From Paracoccaceae bacterium (GTDB lineage Bacteria > Pseudomonadota > Alphaproteobacteria > Rhodobacterales > Rhodobacteraceae), in the NCBI GenBank assembly GCA_041397345.1, contig JAWKWU010000008.1, positions 8,704-72,703 of the forward strand: a stretch of DNA of 64,000 nt, written 5' to 3'. Below the pieces are notes generated by a model. That model was not told where the DNA came from and did not search any database. It saw only the letters and a program-made list of their open reading frames with translations. The translations under genes and the position numbers were made by a program. Shown here piece after piece: positions 49,941 to 59,356 of the stretch. Positions within the stretch are counted from its first letter, which is position 1. Every line of letters starts with the position of its first letter.

Positions 49941-50905
49941 CGCTTTTGGAAACCCGCGGCCTTGGCGTCGGCTATACCCTTCCCCCGGCCTCGCTGCTGG
50001 GCCGCGCCCGCCTCTTGCCCATCGTCCACGATGTCTCGCTGACGCTGGCCCCCGGTCGCACCCTGGGTATCGTCGGCGAGAGCGGTTGCGGCAAATCCAC
50101 CCTTGGCCGGGCGCTCCTGCGCCTGATCCCGCCTTCGGCCGGCCAGGTGCTGTGGCAGGGCCAGGACATGGCGCAGATCCCCGACCTGCGCCGCCGCCGG
50201 GCCGAGATGCAGATCATCTTCCAGGATCCCATCGCCGCGCTGGACCCGCGCATGACCCTGGGCCGCATCGTCAGCCGCCCGCTGGCGACGTTTGAGCCCG
50301 GCCTTTCGCGCCGCGATGCCCGCGCCCGCGCCGTGCAGGCGCTGGAACAGGTCGGGCTGTCGGCGGATTTCGCCGATCGCTATCCGCATGAACTGTCGGG
50401 CGGGCAGGCACAGCGCGTCGGCATCGCCCGCGCCATCGTCGGGCGCCCCCGGATGATCGTCTGCGACGAACCCGTATCCGCGCTGGATGTCTCGATCCAG
50501 GCCCAGGTCATCAACCTCTTGATGGACCTGCAGGCGCAGATGGGGCTGGCGCTGGTGTTCATCTCGCACAACCTGGCCGTGGTGCGCCATATCAGCCACG
50601 ATGTCATGGTGATGTGCCTGGGCCGGGTGATGGAAACCGCCCCGCGCAGCGCCTTTTACGCCCGCCCGCTGCATCCCTATTCGCAGGCCCTGATGCAGGC
50701 CGTCCCCGAACCCGACCCCCGGCGCGAGAAGGGCCGGATCGGCTCTGCCCTTCCGGGCGAACTGCCCTCGGTGCTGTCGCCGCCGCAGGGCTGCGTCTTT
50801 GCGACCCGCTGCCCGCGCGCGACCGACCTCTGCCACCGGACGCGCCCGGACCTGCGCACCATCGAAACCGACCGCCAGGTTGCCTGTCACCATGTCGAGG
50901 CCTGA
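49937..50905 (+). CDS. Peptide ABC ATP-binding protein (OppF-like)
   Basis: GESGCGKST, IFQDP, LSGGQAQR, CDEPVSALD, GCVFATRC..ACH. Confidence 0.93.
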   Translation: MTLLETRGLGVGYTLPPASLLGRARLLPIVHDVSLTLAPGRTLGIVGESGCGKSTLGRALLRLIPPSAGQVLWQGQDMAQIPDLRRRRAEMQIIFQDPIAALDPRMTLGRIVSRPLATFEPGLSRRDARARAVQALEQVGLSADFADRYPHELSGGQAQRVGIARAIVGRPRMIVCDEPVSALDVSIQAQVINLLMDLQAQMGLALVFISHNLAVVRHISHDVMVMCLGRVMETAPRSAFYARPLHPYSQALMQAVPEPDPRREKGRIGSALPGELPSVLSPPQGCVFATRCPRATDLCHRTRPDLRTIETDRQVACHHVEA

Positions 50906-52717
50906 ATGACCGATCTTTCCACCCTCTGGGCCGCTGTGCCGCAATTGTCGAACATCCATGCCTCGGGCGACGGGCGGCTGGCCTTCTGGTGCTGGTCGGG
51001 GCTGACCGAGACCGACAATGTCTGGTGCGCCCCGACCGACGGTTCCGCGCCGCCGCAGCAGCTTACCGATGGCAGCGACCATTTCACCATCCGCGATGTC
51101 AGCCATGACGGCAGCCGCCTGATCCTGGGCCAGTCGCCCAGTGCCAGCGAACATGACCATCTTATCCTGCTGGACCGTGCCACCGGCGAACAGCGCCAGC
51201 TTACGCCCAGGCAGGACACGCATTACGTCTATGGCGGCGCCTTGTCGGCCGATGCGGGGGCGGTGTTCTTCCTGGCCGATTTCGACTATGACGCGGGTCA
51301 GGTCACCGCCGGCGCCTGGCTCTGGCGGCAGGATCTGGCCACCGGCGCCCGCACCTGCCTGGCCACCGCCGACAGCCCGCCGCATTTCTACGTCGGCCCG
51401 CAGCTTTCGCCCGATGGCACCCGCCTGCTCTGGCACCGCAGCGACCGCGCGCCGGGCGGCTATCAGCTCTGGGTGATCGGCATCGACGGCGGCGACCCGC
51501 AAAAGGTGCTGGACCTCGGGGCCAGGAACAATGTCCTTGCCAACTGGGTCTCCGACGATCGCATCGCCTTTGCCTGCGACCAGGATGGACGCGACCGGCT
51601 GGGCGTCCTCAGCCTGTCCACCGGCCAGGTCGACTGGATTGCGTCCGAACCCGATCTCTGCCCGCACGACACCCTGGCCGGCACAGCCGGGGCCTTTGCG
51701 GTGATCCACCATCAGGCCAGCCGCACCTGCGCCGCCCTGGTCGACGGCCACCGGGTCACGCCCTTGCCGAATCCCACCGGCCGCCGCAGCCTATTGCCGC
51801 ATGCAGCACTTGCCGATGGCGGCTGGCTGGCCGAGGCCTATGACGCCTCTGCCCCCCATGATCTCGTCGCCCTGGCCGCCGATGGCAGCCACCGGGTGAT
51901 CGCACGCGCTGCCCCTGAACCGGCCCGCCCGCACGTCGCGCCGCAGGATTTCCGCTGGACCGCCCCCGATGGCCGCCCGATGCAGGGCTGGCTCTATCGC
52001 CCCGCCGGTCCGCCCAAGGGCCTGATCGCCTATGTCCACGGCGGCCCGACCTGGCATTCCGAAGACTGGGTCAACCCCAAAATCCAGTTCTGGGCCGCGC
52101 TCGGCTATGCCGTCCTCGACCCGAATTACCGTGGCTCCACCGGTTTCGGCCACGACCACCGCGAGGCGGTCAAGCAAGACGGCTGGGGCGGGCGCGAACA
52201 GGATGACATCCGCGCCGGGGTCGAGGCCGCGCTGGCCAGCGGCCTGCCCGGACCCGTCGCCATCGCCGGCAATTCCTATGGCGGCTTTTCCAGCTGGTTC
52301 GGCATCACCCGCCACCCCGACCTCTACACCGCCGCCATTCCGATGTGCGGCATGTACCGGCTGGACATCGACTATCACGCCACCGAAATGCCGCATGGCC
52401 GGGCCTATTCCGAAGAGATGATGGGCGGCACGCCCGAGGAATTCCCCGAGAAATACGCCAATGCCTCGCCCGGCCGCTTCATCGACCGCATCAGGGGGCA
52501 CCTGATGATCGTGCATGGCCTGGCGGATTCCAACGTCGGCCCGGAAAACACCCATACCGCCGTGCGGGAACTGACCGGGGCCGGCATCCCGCATCAGGTG
52601 ATGCTGTTTGAAAACGAGGGCCACGGCGTGTTTCGCCGCAGCAATGTCGCGGCCTATCTGCGCGCCAGCGCCGCCTTTCTGCAACAGGCCTTCCAGACCG
52701 GCATCCGGCCGGCCTGA
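50906..52717 (+). CDS. S9 family serine peptidase (acylaminoacyl/dipeptidyl peptidase-like)
   Basis: Beta-propeller-like N-terminus; VHGGP, PNYRGSTGFG, GNSYGG, HG..DSNV, EGHG triad; no signal peptide. Confidence 0.92.
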   Translation: MTDLSTLWAAVPQLSNIHASGDGRLAFWCWSGLTETDNVWCAPTDGSAPPQQLTDGSDHFTIRDVSHDGSRLILGQSPSASEHDHLILLDRATGEQRQLTPRQDTHYVYGGALSADAGAVFFLADFDYDAGQVTAGAWLWRQDLATGARTCLATADSPPHFYVGPQLSPDGTRLLWHRSDRAPGGYQLWVIGIDGGDPQKVLDLGARNNVLANWVSDDRIAFACDQDGRDRLGVLSLSTGQVDWIASEPDLCPHDTLAGTAGAFAVIHHQASRTCAALVDGHRVTPLPNPTGRRSLLPHAALADGGWLAEAYDASAPHDLVALAADGSHRVIARAAPEPARPHVAPQDFRWTAPDGRPMQGWLYRPAGPPKGLIAYVHGGPTWHSEDWVNPKIQFWAALGYAVLDPNYRGSTGFGHDHREAVKQDGWGGREQDDIRAGVEAALASGLPGPVAIAGNSYGGFSSWFGITRHPDLYTAAIPMCGMYRLDIDYHATEMPHGRAYSEEMMGGTPEEFPEKYANASPGRFIDRIRGHLMIVHGLADSNVGPENTHTAVRELTGAGIPHQVMLFENEGHGVFRRSNVAAYLRASAAFLQQAFQTGIRPA

Positions 52718-52958
52718 CGGTGTGAAACCCCGGCCCGGCTGGGGACTTGCCGGGCCGGGGCCTCACGCTCCGGTTTGACGCAACATGCGTCTTACGTTGT
52801 GAAAAAGGTATTTTAGAACAGCTACTTGAAAGCAATCTTCAATATAGCCATCCTGCCAGAACCCCCCGCCCTGGTCCAATGACAAAGCCTGTCATGAAAG
52901 CCGGCGGCGCCAGAAACCTGGCGCAAATCCGGCCCGCCGATCCTGACCCCGGCGCAAG

Positions 52959-52989
52959 AAAAAACCCCGCGGCCCTGCGGCCACGGGGT
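52959..52989 (-). terminator. Rho-independent terminator of the DUF1013 gene
   Basis: CCCCGTGGCC-GCAG-GGCCGCGGGG-T6 on the minus strand. Confidence 0.75.
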
Positions 52990-53024
52990 CCGGTCACGGG
53001 GTCCGCCCCCGGCGCAATCCGCGC

Positions 53025-53774
53025 CTAGCGGTGGTCGTCCTCATCCTCGTCATCATCGCTGGCCGGCAGGTTGAAGAAGCTTTCCGCATCCGAGAAATCG
53101 GCCGGCGAAGAGCGGTCCTTTTCCTCGTCGCCAAAGACTTCCAGGCCGGTAAAGGCGGCGACCTTCGGTTCATCCGCGTCCATGCCCAGCGATTGCTCGG
53201 TCGACACCAGCTTGCGCCGCTCGTCGTCGCTCATCACCGTGCCTTCGGCGGCCTTCTTGCGGGCGGCGGCCTGCACCGCCGCGTCCAGCTCCGACTGCCG
53301 GCACAGGCCCAGCGCCACCGGATCGGTGGGAACCATGCTCTGGATGTTCCAGTGCGTCCGCTCGCGGATCGACTGGATCGTGGGCTTGGTGGTGCCGACC
53401 AGCTTGCCGATGGCGCCGTCCGACAGCTCGGGGTGGAACTTGACCAGCCACAGGATCGCGTTCGGCCGGTCCTGCCGCTTGGACAGCGGCGTATAACGCG
53501 GGCCGCGGCGCTTGTCCTCGCCCACGGCGGCGGCGTTGAACTTCAGCTTCAGCTTGTAGAGCGGGTCCGCCTGCCCCCGCTCGATCTCGATCGGGTCCAA
53601 CTGGTTGTTGGCGATCGGGTCGAATCCCTTGACGCCGCCGCCCACGTCGCCATCGGCGATGCCCTGCACTTCCAGCTCGTGCATGCCGCAGAATTCGGCG
53701 ATCTGGCGGAAGGTCAGCGTGGTGTTGTCGACCAGCCAGACGGCGGTGGCGCGGGCCATGATCGGCTTGTTCAT
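53025..53774 (-). CDS. trcR: DUF1013 cell-cycle transcription factor TrcR
   Basis: PIMARATAVWLVDNTTLTF.QIA.FC.MH.LEV..IADG; GPRYTPLSKRQDRP; DPVALGLC. Confidence 0.88.
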   Translation of the reverse strand: MNKPIMARATAVWLVDNTTLTFRQIAEFCGMHELEVQGIADGDVGGGVKGFDPIANNQLDPIEIERGQADPLYKLKLKFNAAAVGEDKRRGPRYTPLSKRQDRPNAILWLVKFHPELSDGAIGKLVGTTKPTIQSIRERTHWNIQSMVPTDPVALGLCRQSELDAAVQAAARKKAAEGTVMSDDERRKLVSTEQSLGMDADEPKVAAFTGLEVFGDEEKDRSSPADFSDAESFFNLPASDDDEDEDDHR

Positions 53775-53896
53775 CTTCCGGCTCCTTTACAAATCTCTCC
53801 CGTGCCGGGAAAACGGCTGCGGGCTGGGCCCGCGGTTCTCCGATGTCGGGGAATTGCGGTGCGTATACTGCCAAACGACGCGAAGGGAAAGTCAAA

Positions 53897-54532
53897 ATGC
53901 GGTGGATTGCGGCGATCCTTGCGGCCCTGCTGGCCGGCCCCGTGGCGGCCGAGGGCGAACGTGCCGGCGACTTCGACTATTACGTGATGTCGCTGTCCTG
54001 GTCGTCGGCCTGGTGCGCGCTGGAAGGTGATGCCCGCCGCGATCCGCAATGCGATGCCGGCAGCGGGCAGACCTTCGTGCTGCACGGGCTCTGGCCGCAA
54101 TGGGAACAGGGCTGGCCCGCCTATTGCCGCACCGTGGAACGCGACCCGACGCGGGCGGAAACCGCGGCCATGGCCGATATCATGGGCGGCGCGGGGCTGG
54201 CCTTCTACCAATGGAAGAAACACGGCCGCTGTTCGGGCCTGTCGGCCGCCGACTATTACGCCACCGCGCGCCGCGCCCATGCCGCCATCGCCGTGCCGCC
54301 GGTGTTCGCCAGCATGACCAAGACGCTGCGGGTGCCGGCCCAGGTGGTCGAGGCCGCCTTTCTCGAGTCGAACCCCGGCCTGACCCGCGACCAGATCACC
54401 GTGACCTGCAAGCAGGGCTATATCCAGGAAATCCGCATCTGCCTGACGACAGACCTGACCCCGCGGCGCTGTGGCGATGACACCATCCGCGACTGCCGCC
54501 TGCAGGATGCCGTGCTGGAAAAGCTGCGCTAG
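53897..54532 (+). CDS. Periplasmic ribonuclease T2 family
   Basis: Signal peptide; FDYYVMSLSWS, FVLHGLWPQ, QWKKHGRC, EIRIC. Confidence 0.92.
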   Translation: MRWIAAILAALLAGPVAAEGERAGDFDYYVMSLSWSSAWCALEGDARRDPQCDAGSGQTFVLHGLWPQWEQGWPAYCRTVERDPTRAETAAMADIMGGAGLAFYQWKKHGRCSGLSAADYYATARRAHAAIAVPPVFASMTKTLRVPAQVVEAAFLESNPGLTRDQITVTCKQGYIQEIRICLTTDLTPRRCGDDTIRDCRLQDAVLEKLR

Positions 54533-54540
54533 GGTCAGGG

Positions 54541-54675
54541 TGGCGGGATCGGCCTTTGAAAAGGGTCTTTGATCGAGGGGAAGATCGGTAAATGGCTTTT
54601 GGTCTACGCTTGACCCGACATGGAACTGGGGATGACAGCCGGGCTAAAGTCTTGGATCAATTGCCGATCCCGCCA
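54541..54675. ncRNA. Candidate structured ncRNA (about 135 nt) closed by a 13-bp perfect stem
   Basis: TGGCGGGATCGGC (54541) pairs with GCCGATCCCGCCA (54663-54675); inner TTGATC/GATCAA stem; CtrA-type promoter adjacent. Confidence 0.45.
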
Positions 54676-54709
54676 GATCACTTCTAGCAAATGCCTTTTG
54701 CGGTTGCGC

Positions 54710-54725
54710 GTTAATCTACCGTTAA
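54710..54725 (-). promoter_or_regulatory. Consensus CtrA box TTAA-N7-TTAAC
   Basis: Minus strand TTAACGGTAGATTAAC, followed 23 nt later by TAGAAG (-10-like). Confidence 0.7.
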
Positions 54726-54795
54726 AGCGGTGCCCTAACGTCAATTTGCCGCTTGCGGGCAGGTGGCGGCAGCCGCGCCCCGCCGGATGGCGGGA

Positions 54796-55787
54796 TCAGC
54801 CCTCGACCTTCAGCACGATCTTGCCGACATGTCCCGGCGTCTCGATCCGCCAATGCGCCTGCGGGCGTCGGCCAGCGCATATTCGCTGTCCATCACCACC
54901 TTGTAGGCGCCGCGCTGGATCAGCGGCCAGACATGGGTTTCCACCGCTTCGGCGATGCGGGCCTTGGCCTGGTCGCCCTGCGGCCGCAGGGTGGAGCCGG
55001 TGATGGTCAGCCGCCGCGTCATCACCTCGGCAAAGTTGATCTCGGCCTTCGCGCCCTGCAGGAAGGCGATCTGCACCAGCCGCCCGTCATTCGCCAGCGC
55101 CTTGATGTTGCGGGCGATATAGGGGCCGCCGACCATGTCCAGGATCAGGTCGGCACCGCCCGCCTTGGCCATCAGCTGCGACCAGTCGTGGTCGCGGTAG
55201 TTCCAGGCCTCTTCCGCCCCCAGCTCCTTGCAGATCCGGCATTTTTCCTCGCTGCCGGCGGTGGCGAAGACCCGCGCGCCGATCGCCCTGGCCAGCTGGA
55301 TCGCCGTAGTGCCGATGCCGCTGGTGCCGCCATGCACCAGGAATGTCTCGCCCGCCTTCAGCCCGCCGCGCATCACCACGTTGGACCAGACGGTAAAGCA
55401 GGTCTCCGGCAGGCAGGCCGCCTCGCGCATCGACATGCCCTGCGGCACGGGCAGGGCGTGCGCCTCGTGGCAGACGGCATATTCGGCGTATCCCCCGCCC
55501 GGCAACAGCGCGCAGACCTTGTCGCCAATCTCCCACCGCGTGACGCCGGGGCCGCATTCCACCACCGTGCCGGAACATTCCAGCCCCGGCAGCGGCGAGG
55601 CGTCGGGCGGTGGCGCATAGGCGCCGGCGCGTTGCAGCGCGTCGGGGCGGTTCACCCCGGCATAGGCGATGCGGATGACGATCTGGCCATGGCCCGGCAC
55701 CGGCACCGGCACCGAACAGGGGTTCAGCACGTCGGGGCCGCCGGGGGCGATGATCTCGATCGCCAGCATGGAATGCGAAAGTGTCAT
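54796..55787 (-). CDS. NAD(P)H-quinone oxidoreductase (PIG3 family); frameshift near 54860
   Basis: AGVNRPDALQRAG.Y, PGLE, LPETCFTVWSN, HGGTSGIG; terminus AHWRIETPGHVGKIVLKVEG* restored by one base. Confidence 0.9.
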
Positions 55788-55797
55788 GTCCGGTCCC

Positions 55798-56490
55798 TCA
55801 ACTGCGGCCAGCGGCATCTGTGGTGGTCCTGCCCGGCAAGTCCCCGGGCAGTCTTGGCGCCCGAATCCTTTCCAGAACCTTGAAAGGCCCGGAAATCAGC
55901 GCCTTGCCAAGCGGATTCGCCGCGAATGCCGCCTTGGCCTTTTCGAATTGCATCACATTCTCGATGCGCCGGTCCAGAAAATCCCACGTCGCCTGGTGGT
56001 CCGTGCTGTCGTCGCCCAGCCAGAACAGCACCGTGGCACCGTAGACCGCCGACAGGCTGGCGCGCTTGGAATACCAGTTGATATCCTCGGACCTGTCGCC
56101 CAGCGCCACCCAGATCGCATCGGCGGTGCCCCAGATCGCGCGCGCGCCGTCGGCGGCGTGCTGCGGCAGGGAAAACAGCGTGGTGCCGCGCCGCACCAGT
56201 TCGCGGTCCGCCGCCTCCAGCCGCAGCCGCACCGCCCGCGCCACCCGGTCGCGGAACCGCAGCGCGCCCAGGTCCTCGGCCGCCAGCCGCCGCACCATCT
56301 CGCGGTCGCCCCGGCGGTGATAGGCCAGCGCCAGATCCACGCCGCCGCGCGGGAACAGCGCCCAAGCCAGCGCGGGGTCTGCCCCCGAATCATCCGCCGC
56401 CGCCCGCAGCGTGGCCTCGGACCAGCCGTCAAAGGCCACATGGGCCAAAGCCGCCTCTACCAGCGCCATCCGGCGTTCTTCTTCCGTCAT
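55798..56490 (-). CDS. COQ9 family protein (rpsU-divergent)
   Basis: HVAFDGWS, FPRG..DL, ADAIW.ALGD.S.D.NWYSKR, FLDRRIENVM. Confidence 0.9.
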   Translation of the reverse strand: MTEEERRMALVEAALAHVAFDGWSEATLRAAADDSGADPALAWALFPRGGVDLALAYHRRGDREMVRRLAAEDLGALRFRDRVARAVRLRLEAADRELVRRGTTLFSLPQHAADGARAIWGTADAIWVALGDRSEDINWYSKRASLSAVYGATVLFWLGDDSTDHQATWDFLDRRIENVMQFEKAKAAFAANPLGKALISGPFKVLERIRAPRLPGDLPGRTTTDAAGRS

Positions 56491-56594
56491 CCCGGCCTCC
56501 CTGGCCTTGTGGTGGACAAAAGCCAGCCCCTTTGCTATAGGGCGCCGGCCTGCACATCAGTGCAACTCTAACTTAGGAAGGTGGTGACAACCAC

Positions 56595-56801
56595 ATGCAG
56601 GTCAGCGTCCGCGACAATAACGTCGAACAGGCCCTCCGGGCCCTGAAGAAGAAACTTCAGCGCGAAGGCGTCTTCCGCGAAATGAAGCTCAAGCAGCATT
56701 TCGAGAAGCCGTCGGTCAAGAAGGCGCGCGAACAGGCCGAGGCGATCCGCCGCGCCCGTAAGCTCGCTCGCAAGAAGGCCCAGCGCGAAGGCGCCCTCTA
56801 G
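56595..56801 (+). CDS. rpsU: 30S ribosomal protein S21
   Basis: [29 protein letters not shown]. Confidence 0.97.
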   Translation: MQVSVRDNNVEQALRALKKKLQREGVFREMKLKQHFEKPSVKKAREQAEAIRRARKLARKKAQREGAL

Positions 56802-56839
56802 GCGTTAGCGACACTGGGGCCGCAAGGCCCATCCGGTCA

Positions 56840-56870
56840 GCCCCCGTCCGAAAGGCCGGGGGTTTTCCTT
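56840..56870 (+). terminator. Terminator after rpsU
   Basis: CCCCCG..CGGGGG followed by TTTTCCTT. Confidence 0.6.
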
Positions 56871-56888
56871 TGGCATCACACCGGGAAA

Positions 56889-57371
56889 TCACACCGGCAG
56901 CGCCGTGGTCCGCACCACCTCGCGCAGCGCAAAGGAAGATTGCATCTGCCGCACGCCGGGCAGCCGGCTCAGGAAACGGCGGTGGATGCGGGCGAAATCC
57001 TCGGTATCCTCGGCAACGATCTTGATCAGGTAATCGGCCGACCCCGCCATCAGGTGGCATTCCAGGATGTCCGGCACCCGCGCCACCTCGCGCTCGAATG
57101 CGTCCAGCAGTTCCTCGGCCTGCGATTCCAGCGTGATCTCGACAAAGACCGTCGTCGGCTTGCCCAGCTTGCGGGCGTCGACCAGCGCGACATAGCCGGC
57201 GATGAACCCTTCTTCCTCCAGCCGCTGCACCCGCCTGTGGCAGGCCGATGGCGACAGGTTCACCCTTTCGCTCAACTCGGCATTGGTGATGCGGCCTTCC
57301 TTCTGCAATGCAGCAAGAATGCGGCGGTCGGTTGCGTCCAGCGACTGAGGCACAGAAGAATCTTTCGCCAA
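56889..57371 (-). CDS. Lrp/AsnC family regulator of ald (alternative GTG start at 57353)
   Basis: LDATDRRILAALQ, LSPSAC.RRV..LE, ECHLMAG..DY; divergent from ald. Confidence 0.92.
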   Translation of the reverse strand: MAKDSSVPQSLDATDRRILAALQKEGRITNAELSERVNLSPSACHRRVQRLEEEGFIAGYVALVDARKLGKPTTVFVEITLESQAEELLDAFEREVARVPDILECHLMAGSADYLIKIVAEDTEDFARIHRRFLSRLPGVRQMQSSFALREVVRTTALPV

Positions 57372-57504
57372 ATATCAGATTTGTCGGAAATTCTACCGCA
57401 ACGGTGGTCGCGCGCCAGCGAAAAATCAAAGCATCCGCAACGATTCTGCCCGATCCTTGGTCCTACAAGGGCCGCCGCAACAGGCGGCCGCAGGGGAGGT
57501 ATGC

Positions 57505-58623
57505 ATGAAGATCGGTTGCCCGAAAGAAATCAAACCGCAGGAATTTCGCGTCGGGATGACCCCCGACGCCGCCCGCGAAGCCATCGGCCATGGCCATGAA
57601 GTGTTCATCGAGACCAACGCCGGCACCGGCGCCGGCTTTTCCGATGCCGATTACACCGCGGCTGGCGCCAAGATCCTGCCCACCGCGGAAGAGGTCTTTG
57701 CCACCGCCGAGATGATCGTCAAGGTCAAGGAACCCCAGGCGGTCGAGCGCAAGCGCCTGCGCAAGGGGCAGGTGCTGTTCACCTACCTGCACCTTGCCCC
57801 CGATCCGGACCAGACCCGCGATCTGCTGGCCAGCGGGGCCACCTGCATCGCCTATGAAACCGTCACCGACGACCGCGGCGGCCTGCCGCTTCTCGCGCCG
57901 ATGTCCGAGGTTGCCGGCCGGCTGGCGCCGCAGGTCGGCGCCTGGACGCTGCAAAAGGCCAATGGCGGGCGAGGCGTGCTGCTGGGCGGCGTGCCGGGCG
58001 TGCTGCCGGCCAAGGTGCTGGTGATCGGCGGCGGGGTGGTCGGCACCCACGCGGCCAAGGTCGCCGCCGGCATGGGCGCCGACGTGACCGTGCTTGACCG
58101 CTCGATCAACCGGCTGCGCTATCTCGACGATGTGTTCGGCGGCCAGTTCAAGAACGCCTATGCCAGCGCCGGCAACACCATCGCGCTGGCGCGCGAGGCC
58201 GACCTGATCATCGGCGCGGTGCTGATCCCCGGCGCGGCGGCACCCAAGCTGATCTCCAGGGCGCAGCTGAAAGAGCTGAAGCCGGGCGCGGCGCTGGTCG
58301 ACGTCGCCATCGACCAGGGCGGCTGTTTCGAGACCAGCCGCGCCACCACCCACCAGGACCCGATCTACGAGGTCGACGGCATCATGCATTATTGCGTCGC
58401 CAACATGCCCGGCGCCGTGGCCCGCACCTCGACCCAGGCCCTGGGCAACGCCACCATGCCCTTCATGCTGGCCCTGGCGGACAAGGGCTGGAAAAAGGCC
58501 TGCGCCGAGGACAGGCACCTGCTTGCCGGCCTGAACGTCCATGCCGGCAAGCTGACCTATGCCGCGGTCGGCGCCGCGCTGGGCCTGCCCAGCATTTCGG
58601 CCGCCGAGGCGCTGGAGCTGTAG
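57505..58623 (+). CDS. ald: Alanine dehydrogenase
   Basis: [50 protein letters not shown]; GGGGAGG RBS. Confidence 0.97.
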   Translation: MKIGCPKEIKPQEFRVGMTPDAAREAIGHGHEVFIETNAGTGAGFSDADYTAAGAKILPTAEEVFATAEMIVKVKEPQAVERKRLRKGQVLFTYLHLAPDPDQTRDLLASGATCIAYETVTDDRGGLPLLAPMSEVAGRLAPQVGAWTLQKANGGRGVLLGGVPGVLPAKVLVIGGGVVGTHAAKVAAGMGADVTVLDRSINRLRYLDDVFGGQFKNAYASAGNTIALAREADLIIGAVLIPGAAAPKLISRAQLKELKPGAALVDVAIDQGGCFETSRATTHQDPIYEVDGIMHYCVANMPGAVARTSTQALGNATMPFMLALADKGWKKACAEDRHLLAGLNVHAGKLTYAAVGAALGLPSISAAEALEL

Positions 58624-58683
58624 TTTTCCGCGACGGAATCGCCGCGACGCAGCGTATATGGGGCACCAGATCACAGGTGCCCC

Positions 58684-59290
58684 ATGACAATTGCAGGTTA
58701 CAAACCCTCGACCTGATCCTCTGGATCATCCTTGCCATTCCCGGCCTGATCATCCTGCCCGACCTGTTCGGCGACGATGCCGGGCCTTTCACCGCCTCTT
58801 GCATCCCACCGGCGAATGGGCGGCCCGCTTCATGATCATCGGCATGATGGCCTCGGGGCTGCTGCTGCTGTTCCGCGGGCGCAGCTGGCCGCGCTGGCTG
58901 ATGCATCACCGGCGCGACATCGAAGTTGCGGCCTTCGTCTATGCCGCGCTGCATACCATCATCTACGTCATCGACCGCGGCACGCTTGACCGCATCCTTG
59001 CCGCGCTGCCGCATACCGATATCTGGACCGGCTGGCTGGCCATGCTGATCTTCATCCCGCTGGCGGTGACCTCGAACGACGCGACCCAGCGTTGGCTGGG
59101 CCGGGGGTGGAAGACGTTGCAACGCTGGGCCTATCCGGCCGCCGTGCTGGTGCTGATCCACTGGGCCGCGCTGCACAACTGGGGCAGCTGGCCGCCGGCC
59201 CTGGTGCATTTCGGCCCGCTGGCGGCGCTGTCGGCCTACCGGCTGTGGTACTGGTATCTGCGGCCGCGCCGCCCGCAGGCGGTGGCCTGA
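58684..59290 (+). CDS. MsrQ-like ferric-reductase transmembrane protein; two N-terminal frameshifts, likely errors
   Basis: HPTGEWA, RRDIEVAAFVYAALH, PLAVTSN, WKTLQRWAY..LIHW; ATG at 58684 joins the frame after two single-base repairs. Confidence 0.75.
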
Positions 59291-59295
59291 CCCGG

Positions 59296-59341
59296 AAAAC
59301 GGAACGGCCCGCAGCGCGAACTGCGGGCCGTTTGCGTCTTT
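59296..59341. terminator. Bidirectional terminator between the msrQ-like gene and mscL
   Basis: AACGGCCCGCAG-CGCGAA-CTGCGGGCCGTT with A-rich and T-rich flanks. Confidence 0.7.
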
Positions 59342-59356
59342 GCCGGCGGCCGTCGC

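Noticed and set aside
52747-53028. 93-aa ORF in the S9-trcR gap
   Set aside because: TTG start, no RBS, runs through a terminator, atypical codon usage
54541-54675. Identification as 6S RNA
   Set aside because: Rod-like fold, but short, not in the usual zapA/ygfA context, and no recognisable 6S sequence; kept only as an unnamed candidate
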